A DNA stretch of 28,285 nucleotides from a virus (lineage: Duplodnaviria; Caudoviricetes): positions 1 through 28,285 of IMG/VR virus record IMGVR_UViG_3300011334_000020. One strand, given 5' to 3'. The notes below the pieces were generated by a model. The model saw only the letters and a program-made list of their open reading frames with translations, was not told where the DNA came from and searched no databases. A program made the translations under genes and the position numbers. Positions 7,297 through 16,914 of the stretch are shown one piece after another (the first letter of the stretch is position 1; every line of letters begins with the position of its first letter).

Positions 7297-8580
7297 TTAC
7301 AGGAAACCAAGTAATCCACCGAGTCCAGCACCATATGCTGCATATTCTGGATTCTTTTCACCACCAATTAAAGAACCTAACTTAGCGCCACCCAATGCGC
7401 CACCAAGCGCTGATGTGGCTTGGTTTGTATAAAGTGGTGCTGACTGAGTTCCAGCCGATGGTTGAAGGCTTAATGCGCCTTGAGACACACCAAGTCTTTC
7501 AAGTCCTAAGTTGCGAGCTGCATCGAGCTTAGATTGCTCATACTGCTGACGCAATGCCTCTTGTGATAGACCAAGGTTTTGAGCCTGAGTGAAACCAGTC
7601 TGGCGTAACTGAGCAACGGCATTGGTTGCATTGCGTAGTGCTGCTTCATCGACCAGCGATCTGGTTACGCCTTGGCGCGAACCACCAAAGGCTTTTGCTG
7701 CTGTGGCTGCTGCGCCTTCAGCAGATATTTGACCTTGACGAGCACGCTCGATGTCTCCAAGAGTTCCTTGGATTACCTGTTGCTCATAGGGGTTCATGTA
7801 CTTCTGAACCATGCCCAAGTTGTACTTAGGGAATGCTGCGAACTGCTTAGGACCTAAGCCAGCAGCCGTCGCTCTGGCTTCTTCGAGGTTGCGCAAATAC
7901 GCTGCTTTGACATCTGGATCAACGCTAGATGACGATGTGGATGTTGTACCGCCACCCAAAGCCTTTGCAGCCGTTAAGCCAAGGCTTGCTGCCGTTAATG
8001 CGTTTTGTGGGCTTGCAGTTGCCCAGTTAAGAGCGCCACCAAGCAAACCAGTAGAGCCAGCCTGTTCTTTAGCTATCATTTCAGCCGTCTGCTGTGCAGT
8101 CATTTCGCCAGCAGTTGTAACGGCTGAAGGGATTGCGCTAGGCAGACCAGCATTAGCAACAGTTCCAGTTGGTACTGTCGGTGTAGTTGTTGGAGGTAGT
8201 GTTGTTGGATATTGATTGAGTTGACTTATTACTTGGTCATAAATGCTTGGCGTGGTTGTACTTCCAGTAAGCCCCGCCAGTTGAGATGCCTCAACCGAGC
8301 TGGCAGCAGCAGCAGCAGCCTGTGCTGGAGTTAAAGCCTGACTAGCAAGGTATGCGTTATCGGCAGCGACTGCTGCATTTGCACCAGACAATGCAGCGCC
8401 TTCAGTTCCCATTAAATATGGCGCACCGTAATAAGCACCAGCAGCAAGTAGTGCTGCTTTGCCAAGATCGGTATTAAGAACCTCGTCGTCAATGGTTGCA
8501 CCAACATCGCTAACGGTGTCAATGACACCTTGACCGAGGTCACCAACGCCACTAACTACATCGCTTACTACTCCACCCAT
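7297..8580 (-). CDS. internal virion / DNA pilot (ejection) protein
   Basis: 427 aa, Ala/Gly/Thr-rich; YMNPYEQQVI and AFGGSRQGV motifs; Gly-zipper C-terminus; follows GNAT-like gene. Confidence 0.65.
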   Translation of the reverse strand: MGGVVSDVVSGVGDLGQGVIDTVSDVGATIDDEVLNTDLGKAALLAAGAYYGAPYLMGTEGAALSGANAAVAADNAYLASQALTPAQAAAAAASSVEASQLAGLTGSTTTPSIYDQVISQLNQYPTTLPPTTTPTVPTGTVANAGLPSAIPSAVTTAGEMTAQQTAEMIAKEQAGSTGLLGGALNWATASPQNALTAASLGLTAAKALGGGTTSTSSSSVDPDVKAAYLRNLEEARATAAGLGPKQFAAFPKYNLGMVQKYMNPYEQQVIQGTLGDIERARQGQISAEGAAATAAKAFGGSRQGVTRSLVDEAALRNATNAVAQLRQTGFTQAQNLGLSQEALRQQYEQSKLDAARNLGLERLGVSQGALSLQPSAGTQSAPLYTNQATSALGGALGGAKLGSLIGGEKNPEYAAYGAGLGGLLGFL

Positions 8581-8593
8581 ATCATCTCCCTTG

Positions 8594-8953
8594 TCACACC
8601 TTGTTGGTGTAGATAAAAGCCTTCGATCCGTCTAATAGTGATATTTGACATTTCTCAGACCAGCCAAATGACTTGGCAAATCTTGCAAGTTTGATGTCTT
8701 CTTCGCGTATCAGCGCGACGAGAGGCTTCCCAATTAAATTCTCAATCAGAGCAATGCTCTTTAAGCAGTCCTTTTTGACTCCAGAAGACCATCTCTTGAT
8801 GTCCACATGAATCCACAAATTACCCCTAAAGAACTCCAAGTACACGGTGTAGTCCTCTCGGATACACACAGGCACTTTTCCAGCCCTTAATTCTTGACTC
8901 AATTCTAAGTCACCGCTTACCCATTGCGACAACATCAAATCGGTTAACGCCAA
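8594..8953 (-). CDS. GNAT-like virion-associated protein (P22 gp14 / T7 gp13 position); true start may be ~8904 (TTG)
   Basis: WIHVDIKRW...KLARFAKSFGW resembles degenerate GNAT motif B; sits between nozzle and ejection genes. Confidence 0.5.
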   Translation of the reverse strand: MALTDLMLSQWVSGDLELSQELRAGKVPVCIREDYTVYLEFFRGNLWIHVDIKRWSSGVKKDCLKSIALIENLIGKPLVALIREEDIKLARFAKSFGWSEKCQISLLDGSKAFIYTNKV

Positions 8954-10391
8954 CGCGCCAGTCCTCTAAGACATTGCCTGTATACCTGACCTTGACCTGT
9001 CTGGCAGCGAACCTCACATCTGTGGGTTGAGCTGCGGAATACGGTCCATAAGTCGTCTCAGTATCCATTGGATACATCCGAGTCTTGAAGGACACGACGA
9101 CCTCGCCAAGAGTCTGCTCGTCTGGGATAACCCGACGCACCGACATGATGTTGTCCCCGTTACCGATCTCGTAAGGACCAGACTCAGCGTAAGGAGTTGA
9201 GCCGTCATAGGCAAAACCCACTTCGTGCTCGTAGATGTAGCCGTCAGACGAGATCATCAAAGGATTGGTGAATACGCCCCTGTCAGTTCCAGCAGTCCGA
9301 GCCAAACTACCAATAGCCCAATGCCCTTCGCGGTAGTTGTACACCACATAGGAGTCGTTCTCATTGCTGGCGCTAGACGGGTAAAACCAGATGATCTCGC
9401 CATACTTCGAGTTGTGTACTGCGTAGACCTTGCTTGACTGGTTGTAGTTGATGTTCTGGAAGATGTAGTCGCCAACATCCGACACCAAGGGCTTGACATA
9501 GCCGTCGTAGACCCAGAAGCCTGACTTAGACATCCAAATGGCTGCGGTATCAATGGCTGCTACTGCCTGAGAGGAGATCACGCCACAGCCTGATCCTGCC
9601 TTCTCAAAGGAGTAAACATAAGGCAGTCCAATGTAGGTAGCAGCGTGGACATCGACATCGGTAAAGAGAAGATTGATACCCCTGACGCGCTTACCGCACT
9701 TCAGAGAGCCTACTGAGTTAAGTTCAAAGTCACCAGCCTGATTCGTTGTGGATGGTGTCCAGACTGTATTATTTTCTTGGTCACACCATGAAACCTTGCG
9801 TGGATTGCCTGACGCGCCAAGGGCAAATACAAAGCGCTCTGCCGTAGTCATCACAGCCTCGCAGCTCGTTGGCGCGTTAGTGATGGCAACAGCCTTTGTT
9901 GGCGTGGTAAATCCTAGTTGCCACTCAAGGAGCTGTCCATCGGCACTTGAACACGCCACAAGATACTCGCCCCATGAGTCCATCGACCAAGTAGTCGCTG
10001 GGATGATTGCACCTAAGTCTGGACGCGCCACACCGTAGGCAGAAGAGCCGTAAGTGCCGTAGCCGTAACCAGTCTTTAGCGTTGCGTCTGTGATGCCAGT
10101 CGTAAAGGTTGTAGGCGTAATGTCCTTCAAGACACCACCCTCGCTCATGGCGTAGAGCTTTGTAGGCGTGCCAGCAGCGATGTAGCGTTCATCTGAGTTA
10201 GTACGCCAAGTGAGCATTCCACGACTGACACCAGTCATTTGTGAGGTTGAGCGCTTACGCCACCCACCCCAAGGTCTCAATGTGTTCTCAAACCAACGCA
10301 CAAGATTCGAGTCATACCAGCGCCCCGCAGACTGGTACTCTGTACCGTTGCGGTAAACGCCAGCAGGGATTTTGATTGGTACGAGTGCCAT
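8910..10391 (-). CDS. tail nozzle / head-closure (P22 gp10-like stabilisation) protein
   Basis: 493 aa, beta-propeller-like; RKVSWCDQEN..W, GCGVIS, FWVYDG, EIIWFYPS and YVVYNY motifs; synteny. Confidence 0.75.
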   Translation of the reverse strand: MALVPIKIPAGVYRNGTEYQSAGRWYDSNLVRWFENTLRPWGGWRKRSTSQMTGVSRGMLTWRTNSDERYIAAGTPTKLYAMSEGGVLKDITPTTFTTGITDATLKTGYGYGTYGSSAYGVARPDLGAIIPATTWSMDSWGEYLVACSSADGQLLEWQLGFTTPTKAVAITNAPTSCEAVMTTAERFVFALGASGNPRKVSWCDQENNTVWTPSTTNQAGDFELNSVGSLKCGKRVRGINLLFTDVDVHAATYIGLPYVYSFEKAGSGCGVISSQAVAAIDTAAIWMSKSGFWVYDGYVKPLVSDVGDYIFQNINYNQSSKVYAVHNSKYGEIIWFYPSSASNENDSYVVYNYREGHWAIGSLARTAGTDRGVFTNPLMISSDGYIYEHEVGFAYDGSTPYAESGPYEIGNGDNIMSVRRVIPDEQTLGEVVVSFKTRMYPMDTETTYGPYSAAQPTDVRFAARQVKVRYTGNVLEDWRVGVNRFDVVAMGKR

Positions 10392-10398
10392 AGGTCAA

Positions 10399-11058
10399 TT
10401 ATGCTGAAAGATTGGATACAAATGTCATTGTCGCCACGACTGATGCCGTCGACGGTCTAGTCGGGCTTGTTCCTGCTGCGTAGGCTTGGATGGTTATGTT
10501 GGTGTCTGGTGTTGACCACCATATCTCTACAAAGTCGTTTGCGTTGAGGGAAATAAAGTAGTTCCATCCAACAATGACATGACCATTGAAAATGCCATGC
10601 TTACTTGGAACACCTACAAGTCCAGCAGAGCCAGCAATGTCAACTCCAGCACCAGATGCGTCTTTACGCAACCAGATCGTTACATCGTGCTCTTGCGTGT
10701 CTGCATTATCAAACTGGACGCTAAACTGAAGGTTATAGATGCCAGCCTGAGCCACGGTCAGCTTAGAGTTTGACGCAACACTCACCCCATTGGCGTAGTC
10801 AGTCGTGTTGAATGTCATCACCGTGGCGGTATTAGCCGTAGCCGTTTGGTCTGTGGTGTCTTGGAATGCCCCGTAAGGCATATTGATAAACCGCCCACCG
10901 CGAGGAGACGCAAGGGACTGCAAGGCATTTGTCAACTTCAAGAAGAAGGTGCGCAAAGCACCATTCGTCTGCGCAACAGTCAGACGGTCATACCGATCCT
11001 GCGGATTAGGCAGATCGGGTACGGCTGGAGTCTGGAGCTGCTGGTAGAAGTTCGTCAT
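10399..11058 (-). CDS. tail-tip / needle-like virion protein with C-terminal C1q/BclA-like beta domain
   Basis: N-terminal helix, then PYGAFQDTTDQ...GIYNLQFSVQF...LNANDFVEIWW jelly-roll pattern. Confidence 0.5.
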   Translation of the reverse strand: MTNFYQQLQTPAVPDLPNPQDRYDRLTVAQTNGALRTFFLKLTNALQSLASPRGGRFINMPYGAFQDTTDQTATANTATVMTFNTTDYANGVSVASNSKLTVAQAGIYNLQFSVQFDNADTQEHDVTIWLRKDASGAGVDIAGSAGLVGVPSKHGIFNGHVIVGWNYFISLNANDFVEIWWSTPDTNITIQAYAAGTSPTRPSTASVVATMTFVSNLSA

Positions 11059-11519
11059 AGAGCCTTAGCGTATTCCTCTTGACTCAGCAAGCCGACTGCG
11101 TATTTGTTTTGAGGTCTAAAGATGGTGAGTTTCTGCCCACGCATCTCAGGCGCAAAGGAGATATGTGTCCAAGACGCATACTCATGGATCATCTGGTCAA
11201 ACTTGATACCTGCTGCCTCGATAGCCTTACAGACCGCTAAAGGATTACCAAAGTCCTTGCAGGTGAAGTCAATCGCCCAGCCGTCCATGTGTGAGCTGAT
11301 CTTCGATCCACCCACAGCGACATTTACCTCTGGTAGACGCAACCAAGAATTTACATTGATTGGCTTGCCAAGTAACTTCCTGACCTCTTCCATGCCAGCA
11401 GCAGCCTTCTTCATGTTCTCTAACTGCTGTGGCGAAGGCTGGTTATTGATACCCAAACGGGTTGCGGTATCAGAGTGCGTCGCCTCCTCAAGACTAAAGT
11501 GTTCACTTAGTTGCATCAT
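11055..11519 (-). CDS. endolysin, peptidase M15A family (start revised to MMQLSEHF)
   Basis: LSEHFSLEE, SWLR...N..VGG...SSH..GWAID, and WTHISF Zn-binding motifs; GGAGAAG RBS before ATG ATG at 11519/11516. Confidence 0.9.
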   Translation of the reverse strand: MMQLSEHFSLEEATHSDTATRLGINNQPSPQQLENMKKAAAGMEEVRKLLGKPINVNSWLRLPEVNVAVGGSKISSHMDGWAIDFTCKDFGNPLAVCKAIEAAGIKFDQMIHEYASWTHISFAPEMRGQKLTIFRPQNKYAVGLLSQEEYAKAL

Positions 11520-11820
11520 CTTCTCCCACAATGGCTTTTGCAATGGCTGCTGATGCCTTGCGTCCTGAGATACCGCCCATCGTTCCGACACCCATAAACG
11601 CAATGGCTTTCAAGATTTCAAGGAATACACCGTCGATAGGTGCGAGTTCAGCGTCTTGCTTCTCAAACCCGATCAGGTACAAGACACCAAACGCAATGCC
11701 AAGCACCATCACGGTAATTGCCCTGACGACGAAAGCCCATACTTGGACTTCGACCTCTTCCACAGTTGGCTTTGGACGGTTAGCCCTTGCAAGCAATAAC
11801 TCTCTAAGTAACTCAATCAT
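11503..11820 (-). CDS. two-TM holin-like membrane protein
   Basis: Two hydrophobic helices; directly upstream of the endolysin. Confidence 0.6.
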   Translation of the reverse strand: MIELLRELLLARANRPKPTVEEVEVQVWAFVVRAITVMVLGIAFGVLYLIGFEKQDAELAPIDGVFLEILKAIAFMGVGTMGGISGRKASAAIAKAIVGEDDATK

Positions 11821-12314
11821 CTTGCACCTTTCATAAGTTCGTCAGTCTTAGCCTTACTACCAGCAGAACTACCGCGATGGAAGTTCACTACCGTACCCGT
11901 CAGAGTCCACAACGATCCCAAAGCCGTGAAAGCCATTGACTTGTTTTGCTCTGGTACGCCAATAATAAACACCACAAAGGTCATGGTGAGAGCGCCAGCA
12001 ATGATTGATGTGTCTATGACATAGGCAATATTCTTTGCTAACCAAGACGCTGTGGCAGAGTTCTGAATCTCTGAATTCATCTTCCTTGCGTCGGCAGTAT
12101 TGGCTGCATCAATCTTCGCCATCTCCAGCTCAAGCTCTGCTATCTTTTCAGCAGCCTTTGGATCGCCAGCAATAGCCTTTGCAACGGCATCAACGCTATC
12201 AGACACGCCAAACTTACTAGCCAAAGCGGTAACAGCAGCGCCACCCATAGGACCAGCGACAGCCATTGCCAGCGTGGGTGCGACACCCTTGAGAAGATTG
12301 AGTAAGTCATTCAT
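11817..12314 (-). CDS. holin-like protein (similar to GTA 3TM holin type)
   Basis: APTLAMAVAGPMGGAAV N-terminus, ADAR...SWLAKN, two C-terminal TMs, and VVNFHRGSSAGS. Confidence 0.7.
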   Translation of the reverse strand: MNDLLNLLKGVAPTLAMAVAGPMGGAAVTALASKFGVSDSVDAVAKAIAGDPKAAEKIAELELEMAKIDAANTADARKMNSEIQNSATASWLAKNIAYVIDTSIIAGALTMTFVVFIIGVPEQNKSMAFTALGSLWTLTGTVVNFHRGSSAGSKAKTDELMKGAR

Positions 12315-12507
12315 TGCTCTGCCTTTCCATTAACCTTAATTGTCGGTTTATTTGTCTCTCTTTTTTCTCCAACCTAATCTCGGCTTTTTGTATCTTGATC
12401 CACATACTGATCAAGACTGGCGTGATGATTAAGACAATCGTCAGCATTACACACACAAGGATCAGAATGCTTCGATAAATGAATTTATCCATACTGCGTA
12501 TAGCCAA
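12307..12507 (-). CDS. small membrane protein (N-terminal TM plus basic coiled coil)
   Basis: ILILVCVMLTIVLIITPVLISMW followed by KIQKAEIRLEKKERQINRQ. Confidence 0.65.
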   Translation of the reverse strand: MAIRSMDKFIYRSILILVCVMLTIVLIITPVLISMWIKIQKAEIRLEKKERQINRQLRLMERQSNE

Positions 12508-13184
12508 GAAACTACGAGCAGCGTGATAAACAATCCCATGCCAAGCTCAATCTTTTCTTGTCTGAACCTTTCTTGTCTGTAAGCCTCTATCTGTCTCCTA
12601 ATTCTAATTTGTTCCTTGCGTTTTTGTTGTTCTGCTTGAACCTTAGAGTAGATACTGTTGTAGTTCTCCCAGAGTGGTCCGAGTTGATAAGGCACACTCG
12701 CACCCCTCATCATTCCACTCAACTTGACATAGCTCTGGTCTAGTTCGTTTTTGTAAACAGAGAGTTCCAGAATCGTCTCAGGGTCTGGGTCACTACTTGC
12801 AAATACTTCTTCATACTTGATTTCCACATACTCGGTTAACTCCTTGTGGTGTCTGAAAAAAGCACCTAAGTGCTTAATGAATTGCTGGACGATCTCGGCT
12901 TCATTAGGAATGTGGGTTGTGTAGGTTTCCTTCTTTTTCGCCACAGGCTTTTCGTCTGTGGATGCTGGCTTGGACTCGGCTGGCTTTGAGCCACCAAATA
13001 GTCCGCTAAAGAATCCCCATATCCCTTTGACTTCCTTTGCGATTGCTTGGGCATCATCGGTTGCCTTCTTTATCTTCTGTACAGCGACCTTGCCCTGAGA
13101 CAAGGCATCACAGCAGTATGTAATCCCGTCATAAGCCAGTTGCATTGCCTTGAAAGCAGCGCCAATGGTAATGGGATCAAACAC
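12462..13184 (-). CDS. coiled-coil protein with C-terminal TM anchor
   Basis: 240 aa; MFDPITIGAAF N-terminus, charged coiled coil, and TM LGMGLFITLLVVSWLYAVW. Confidence 0.75.
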   Translation of the reverse strand: MFDPITIGAAFKAMQLAYDGITYCCDALSQGKVAVQKIKKATDDAQAIAKEVKGIWGFFSGLFGGSKPAESKPASTDEKPVAKKKETYTTHIPNEAEIVQQFIKHLGAFFRHHKELTEYVEIKYEEVFASSDPDPETILELSVYKNELDQSYVKLSGMMRGASVPYQLGPLWENYNSIYSKVQAEQQKRKEQIRIRRQIEAYRQERFRQEKIELGMGLFITLLVVSWLYAVWINSFIEAF

Positions 13185-13185
13185 A

Positions 13186-13374
13186 TCACTTCTTTATGTC
13201 TTTGTATATTTGATACAGCTTGTGCAAAATCATCAAGACGGTGTAGATCAGAGTCGCCCATATCAATATCTCGCTGACCTGATAGCCAGCGACACTTGCA
13301 AGGGATACTCCGACTGGCGGTGCTACCTTGGCAACGATTGCAGCAGCGCCTTCAGTTGTGTGTTCACTCGTCAT
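13186..13374 (-). CDS. small holin-like membrane protein
   Basis: 62 aa with one or two hydrophobic helices and a basic C-terminus; first gene of the lysis cassette. Confidence 0.6.
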   Translation of the reverse strand: MTSEHTTEGAAAIVAKVAPPVGVSLASVAGYQVSEILIWATLIYTVLMILHKLYQIYKDIKK

Positions 13375-13913
13375 GGCTGCTCACCCCAGTTCTGATTGGT
13401 CACAACGGTGATCAATGCAGGTACATCTGCTGCACCAGCTATTGCAGCAACAAGTCTTGCGCATTCAGTTATCACGCCAGCTCTGTAAGTGGCAACAGCC
13501 GTAGGTATAGCAACATCACGCTCTGCCTTACGAATGACCATCCAATCGGTTTGAGCCAATAACTTGTTAGCCGTGTCTTTGACTTGTGCAGTCCAGTTTG
13601 ACTTCAATCCCTTGGTGACCAATCGTTCTGTGGAGTCAACCATTGCTGGCTTGCCGTCTACTGTGCCTAGCACCTTGACATACATGGGATTGCCGTCTTG
13701 GTCTGACTCTTCCCTGTCGTTCAAGAGTTTAGGGCTGTCTACGCCCCAGTAAAACTGATCGTTGTAGGTTGTGGTTTCATCTGCAACCTCTTCAATGCCG
13801 ACTGCTTGCTTCTCAGCAAGGCTTGTCAGGCGTAGCCAATTTGCAGGATATGAAGTTCCATTGATGGTGAATGGAGTATCGAGTGGGATGGTTTGGTTGT
13901 TGTGTTTAAACAT
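13371..13913 (-). CDS. tail fibre assembly chaperone-like protein
   Basis: YPANWLRL...A.GI and LLAQTDWMVIR...YRA motifs typical of fibre-assembly proteins; directly follows the fibre gene. Confidence 0.65.
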   Translation of the reverse strand: MFKHNNQTIPLDTPFTINGTSYPANWLRLTSLAEKQAVGIEEVADETTTYNDQFYWGVDSPKLLNDREESDQDGNPMYVKVLGTVDGKPAMVDSTERLVTKGLKSNWTAQVKDTANKLLAQTDWMVIRKAERDVAIPTAVATYRAGVITECARLVAAIAGAADVPALITVVTNQNWGEQP

Positions 13914-13916
13914 ATA

Positions 13917-16346
13917 TCACCTTGCAAGAGAATATTTGAATGGGTTTTCGGCAAAACAAGCGTAAATGTATGTGGATGAAGAATTATTTACCCAAGTGCC
14001 TGTGCCTCTTATTTTGAATCCGTTAGATAAGCCATCTGCCCTTGTATCTGTTGCTTCTGCGTCAGAGGCGTTTGCATACAAATTAAGGTTCATTACATTG
14101 GCTGTATTGCGACTTGTATCAAGCATCACCCATGCCCTGTCAGCATCAGATGAGCCTTTAATCATAATAAACCTTGGCCTAAACCCCGTATAAACAAAAG
14201 GACCATCAGCAGACCCGTTACCCGTGTATGACCCAAAGGCTGAATACCCTGCTACTGCGGAAAAGCAGTAGGCGACGTAATTTCCAGTTCCAGCTAAACC
14301 TGAACCGTAGCTAAATACAGTTGATGTAGGTGCTGTTCCACCAAATGCGGCAGGATTTCCTGTGACGGCGGCGGCAGAAGTGTTTAACTGCAACCAACCG
14401 TTTGCACCAATAGTTTCTGTGTAAACATACCAACCCAAGACTGTTGTTCTGGTCTTTATAAAAATCATCTTGGGGGCTACACCAAGACCATGCCCAACTG
14501 TTCCAGCAGACGCTCCACTAAATGTCACCACTGAGAACCCTTGCGTAGCACCCGCACTTACAGTTGATGTGATAGAGCCGTTAGTGTTAGATGCGGATGT
14601 TGTTCCTGCTTTCCACATCCATGCCACATGGTTATTAGAACCACCTGTTGGGTCATTCATTTCACCATCAGCACCAGTTGTAAATCCTGATGATGTAAAA
14701 GCGGTTACTGCTGTTGATGCTGTGCTTTCTGCGGCAGTCTCATTGCTTGATAAGCGTTTCTGAACACCACGCACAGAGTCATACAAAACATTGCTATATG
14801 TTTGTGTTCTAGATTTTTGCCACACCAAGTCTGGTTGAAACGACACGCTATTAACAGCATTGCTAACAGTCTGTGAAGATGGTGAGTTACCACTATAAAC
14901 AGTAGCCGCCATATAAGCCGCACCATTCTTGATGGTTGATGCGGGTAGGTTACAGGTGTTTAGAGCAACAAAGCCAGTTGGGGGTGTGTGGGCAAATGGG
15001 CGTTGACCGAAGTTGGCGTTAGCAGTAGGAGGCGAACCAGTACCATAAGACGCATAAACTGGAAACCATGTAGTTCCTGTTAAGCCTGTCCACCGAGGGT
15101 CTGTGTTTGTTGCTGGATTGGCTGTTCCACTTGAATTAAACCAAGTGCCGTTTTTACCAACCCACATAGAGCCGTTGTCCATGTCAACAGCAATCATCAC
15201 AACATCATTAGCCGCAACTTGACTTGCGCCAGCCCAACTTGTTCCGCTTAATACGCTTTGATTTGTTCCGTAAAGCGTTACTCCACCACTAAAACTTCCC
15301 CATTGGAATGTTCTTGATTGAGTAGAACCAGCATTGAAATTGGAAATAGGACACGCATTGTCTGCAATGCCTAATCCTGTTCCATAACCTTGTGCGCTTA
15401 GAGTTGTTTCCCAATACCATTTACCAGACTGAGGCAAACCCATAGTTCCACGCAATGCGGCTACATCAGCAGTCGCAACAGCCGATAGGTTTCCATTGGT
15501 AACTGTGACGCTTCCTTTATCAATAGGACTCCATACACAGTAGTTACTACTTGTAGCACCCACAGTAGGCGAGTCCACCATGCTGTCATAAGTAACACCG
15601 CTAGTCACGCTAATGTTGTTAGGTGTCCAGTTGTTGCCGTTGCCAGAGTAGTCTTTGCCGATAGTCGTAGCCGTGTTGCTAGAGTTATCGCTAAAGTTCA
15701 GTTCAAAGCCATTTGTGCCGTAAGTACCAGAATATGCTTTTGGTTTCCATACGCCAGTAATTGAATCTGTTTCACCAAATGAAGATGGGGTTAGGGCTTG
15801 TCCGTCAATGAAGTTGATTTCGGTTAGGTAGCCGTCTAGGTAAAAGGTTGCGTTTGTGCTTCTACCTATGTTTAAAGTTACAGCATTTGTATTGAAATAA
15901 GAAGTTGAATTTTGTGATGGATATGTTGTAGAAGTAAGGGCAGTTACTTGAACTCCATTTATATAAATTTTTACACGATTAGAAGCCGTTGCTTGAGTTG
16001 TGTCTGTTGCTATAACAATGTGATACCACGCACTAGGGTCACGAAATACTTGAGTTGTTTCTACATATGCTAGGTTAGATGTTCCATCATTCCATTGATA
16101 TAACAATGTGTCGTTTGATTGAATATAAATTCTGTCAAAGTTTGTTGGTCTTGCTCCAGATATTAAGGCAGTTCCAACCCCAAGAGTTCCACGCTTTACC
16201 CAAAATGAATGAGTAAATATAGAACCGCTTGTTGGAGTACCAGAAGTCCGATTGAAATACGCACTAGCACTAGAGCGCAAACGCACACTACGGGCTATGT
16301 TGTAGCCGCTAGGTCTTGTCAGCAGAGTATCTTTTGATGCAAACAT
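13917..16346 (-). CDS. tail fibre / receptor-binding protein with LamG (ConA-like) and SPRY/B30.2 domains
   Basis: FRDPSAWYHIVIA...GYLTEINFIDGQAL (LamG); SGKWYWE...VMIAVDMDNGSMWVGKNG...NFGQ (SPRY); PDLVW.K.R and GFRPRFIMIK C-terminal repeats. Confidence 0.85.
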   Translation of the reverse strand: MFASKDTLLTRPSGYNIARSVRLRSSASAYFNRTSGTPTSGSIFTHSFWVKRGTLGVGTALISGARPTNFDRIYIQSNDTLLYQWNDGTSNLAYVETTQVFRDPSAWYHIVIATDTTQATASNRVKIYINGVQVTALTSTTYPSQNSTSYFNTNAVTLNIGRSTNATFYLDGYLTEINFIDGQALTPSSFGETDSITGVWKPKAYSGTYGTNGFELNFSDNSSNTATTIGKDYSGNGNNWTPNNISVTSGVTYDSMVDSPTVGATSSNYCVWSPIDKGSVTVTNGNLSAVATADVAALRGTMGLPQSGKWYWETTLSAQGYGTGLGIADNACPISNFNAGSTQSRTFQWGSFSGGVTLYGTNQSVLSGTSWAGASQVAANDVVMIAVDMDNGSMWVGKNGTWFNSSGTANPATNTDPRWTGLTGTTWFPVYASYGTGSPPTANANFGQRPFAHTPPTGFVALNTCNLPASTIKNGAAYMAATVYSGNSPSSQTVSNAVNSVSFQPDLVWQKSRTQTYSNVLYDSVRGVQKRLSSNETAAESTASTAVTAFTSSGFTTGADGEMNDPTGGSNNHVAWMWKAGTTSASNTNGSITSTVSAGATQGFSVVTFSGASAGTVGHGLGVAPKMIFIKTRTTVLGWYVYTETIGANGWLQLNTSAAAVTGNPAAFGGTAPTSTVFSYGSGLAGTGNYVAYCFSAVAGYSAFGSYTGNGSADGPFVYTGFRPRFIMIKGSSDADRAWVMLDTSRNTANVMNLNLYANASDAEATDTRADGLSNGFKIRGTGTWVNNSSSTYIYACFAENPFKYSLAR

Positions 16347-16906
16347 TATGCGAATGCCTGTGCGTAAGTGCCGTACCAGTTAGTTCCGTCAGCCACAAAG
16401 GTCAAGATGTCTCGCCCTGTGGTTGCCGTAGTGGTCAATGTTGGTGCAGTTCCACCAGCCCACTTAACAGATGTAAATGTCGCTGTGCGTGACCCTGTGC
16501 CATCTTGCACCGCTATCAGAATGAATGACTTACCAGCCGTAGCAGTTGGCATGGTGAATGTGCAGTTACCTGTCATGGTTACTGTCTGCACAGTTCCATT
16601 GGTAAGTGCTAGGGTCTGGGTTGTGCCTGAGTTACCGATAGAGACAACAGATTCAACATAGTTGGTTACTGTGGGATTGGTTAGGGTTTTATTGGTTAGG
16701 GTCTGTGTGTCAGTCTTGGTGACGATGCCAGCGCCATCAAGCGTTGCAGCTCCTGTACCGCCTTTGGCAACCTTTAGATATGGACCAGTATCAAACAGAC
16801 CGTCGATAAGGTCTAAGTCTGTATTTATCTTGCTTCCCCAAGTATCAGTACTAGCCCCAACTTCGGGCTTTGTTAATAATAAGTTGGATGTCGTCGAGTC
16901 AGCCAT
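16346..16906 (-). CDS. tail fibre proximal / anchor protein
   Basis: [23 protein letters not shown] virion-anchor motif, GGTGA, and [11 protein letters not shown] fibre repeat; TAATG overlap with the fibre gene. Confidence 0.7.
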   Translation of the reverse strand: MADSTTSNLLLTKPEVGASTDTWGSKINTDLDLIDGLFDTGPYLKVAKGGTGAATLDGAGIVTKTDTQTLTNKTLTNPTVTNYVESVVSIGNSGTTQTLALTNGTVQTVTMTGNCTFTMPTATAGKSFILIAVQDGTGSRTATFTSVKWAGGTAPTLTTTATTGRDILTFVADGTNWYGTYAQAFA

Positions 16907-16914
16907 ATTTCACC

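Noticed and set aside
11520-11603. N-terminal 28-aa extension of the endolysin in the ORF track (possible SAR or signal)
   Set aside because: Not hydrophobic, overlaps the upstream gene, and a good RBS precedes ATG 11519/11516.
13917-16346. Diversity-generating retroelement or invertible tail-fibre cassette
   Set aside because: No reverse transcriptase, invertase, template/variable repeat pair or flanking inverted repeats seen in the window.
16670-16710. Short direct repeat ATTGGTTAGGGT
   Set aside because: Explained by the coding TLTN-K-TLTN fibre repeat.
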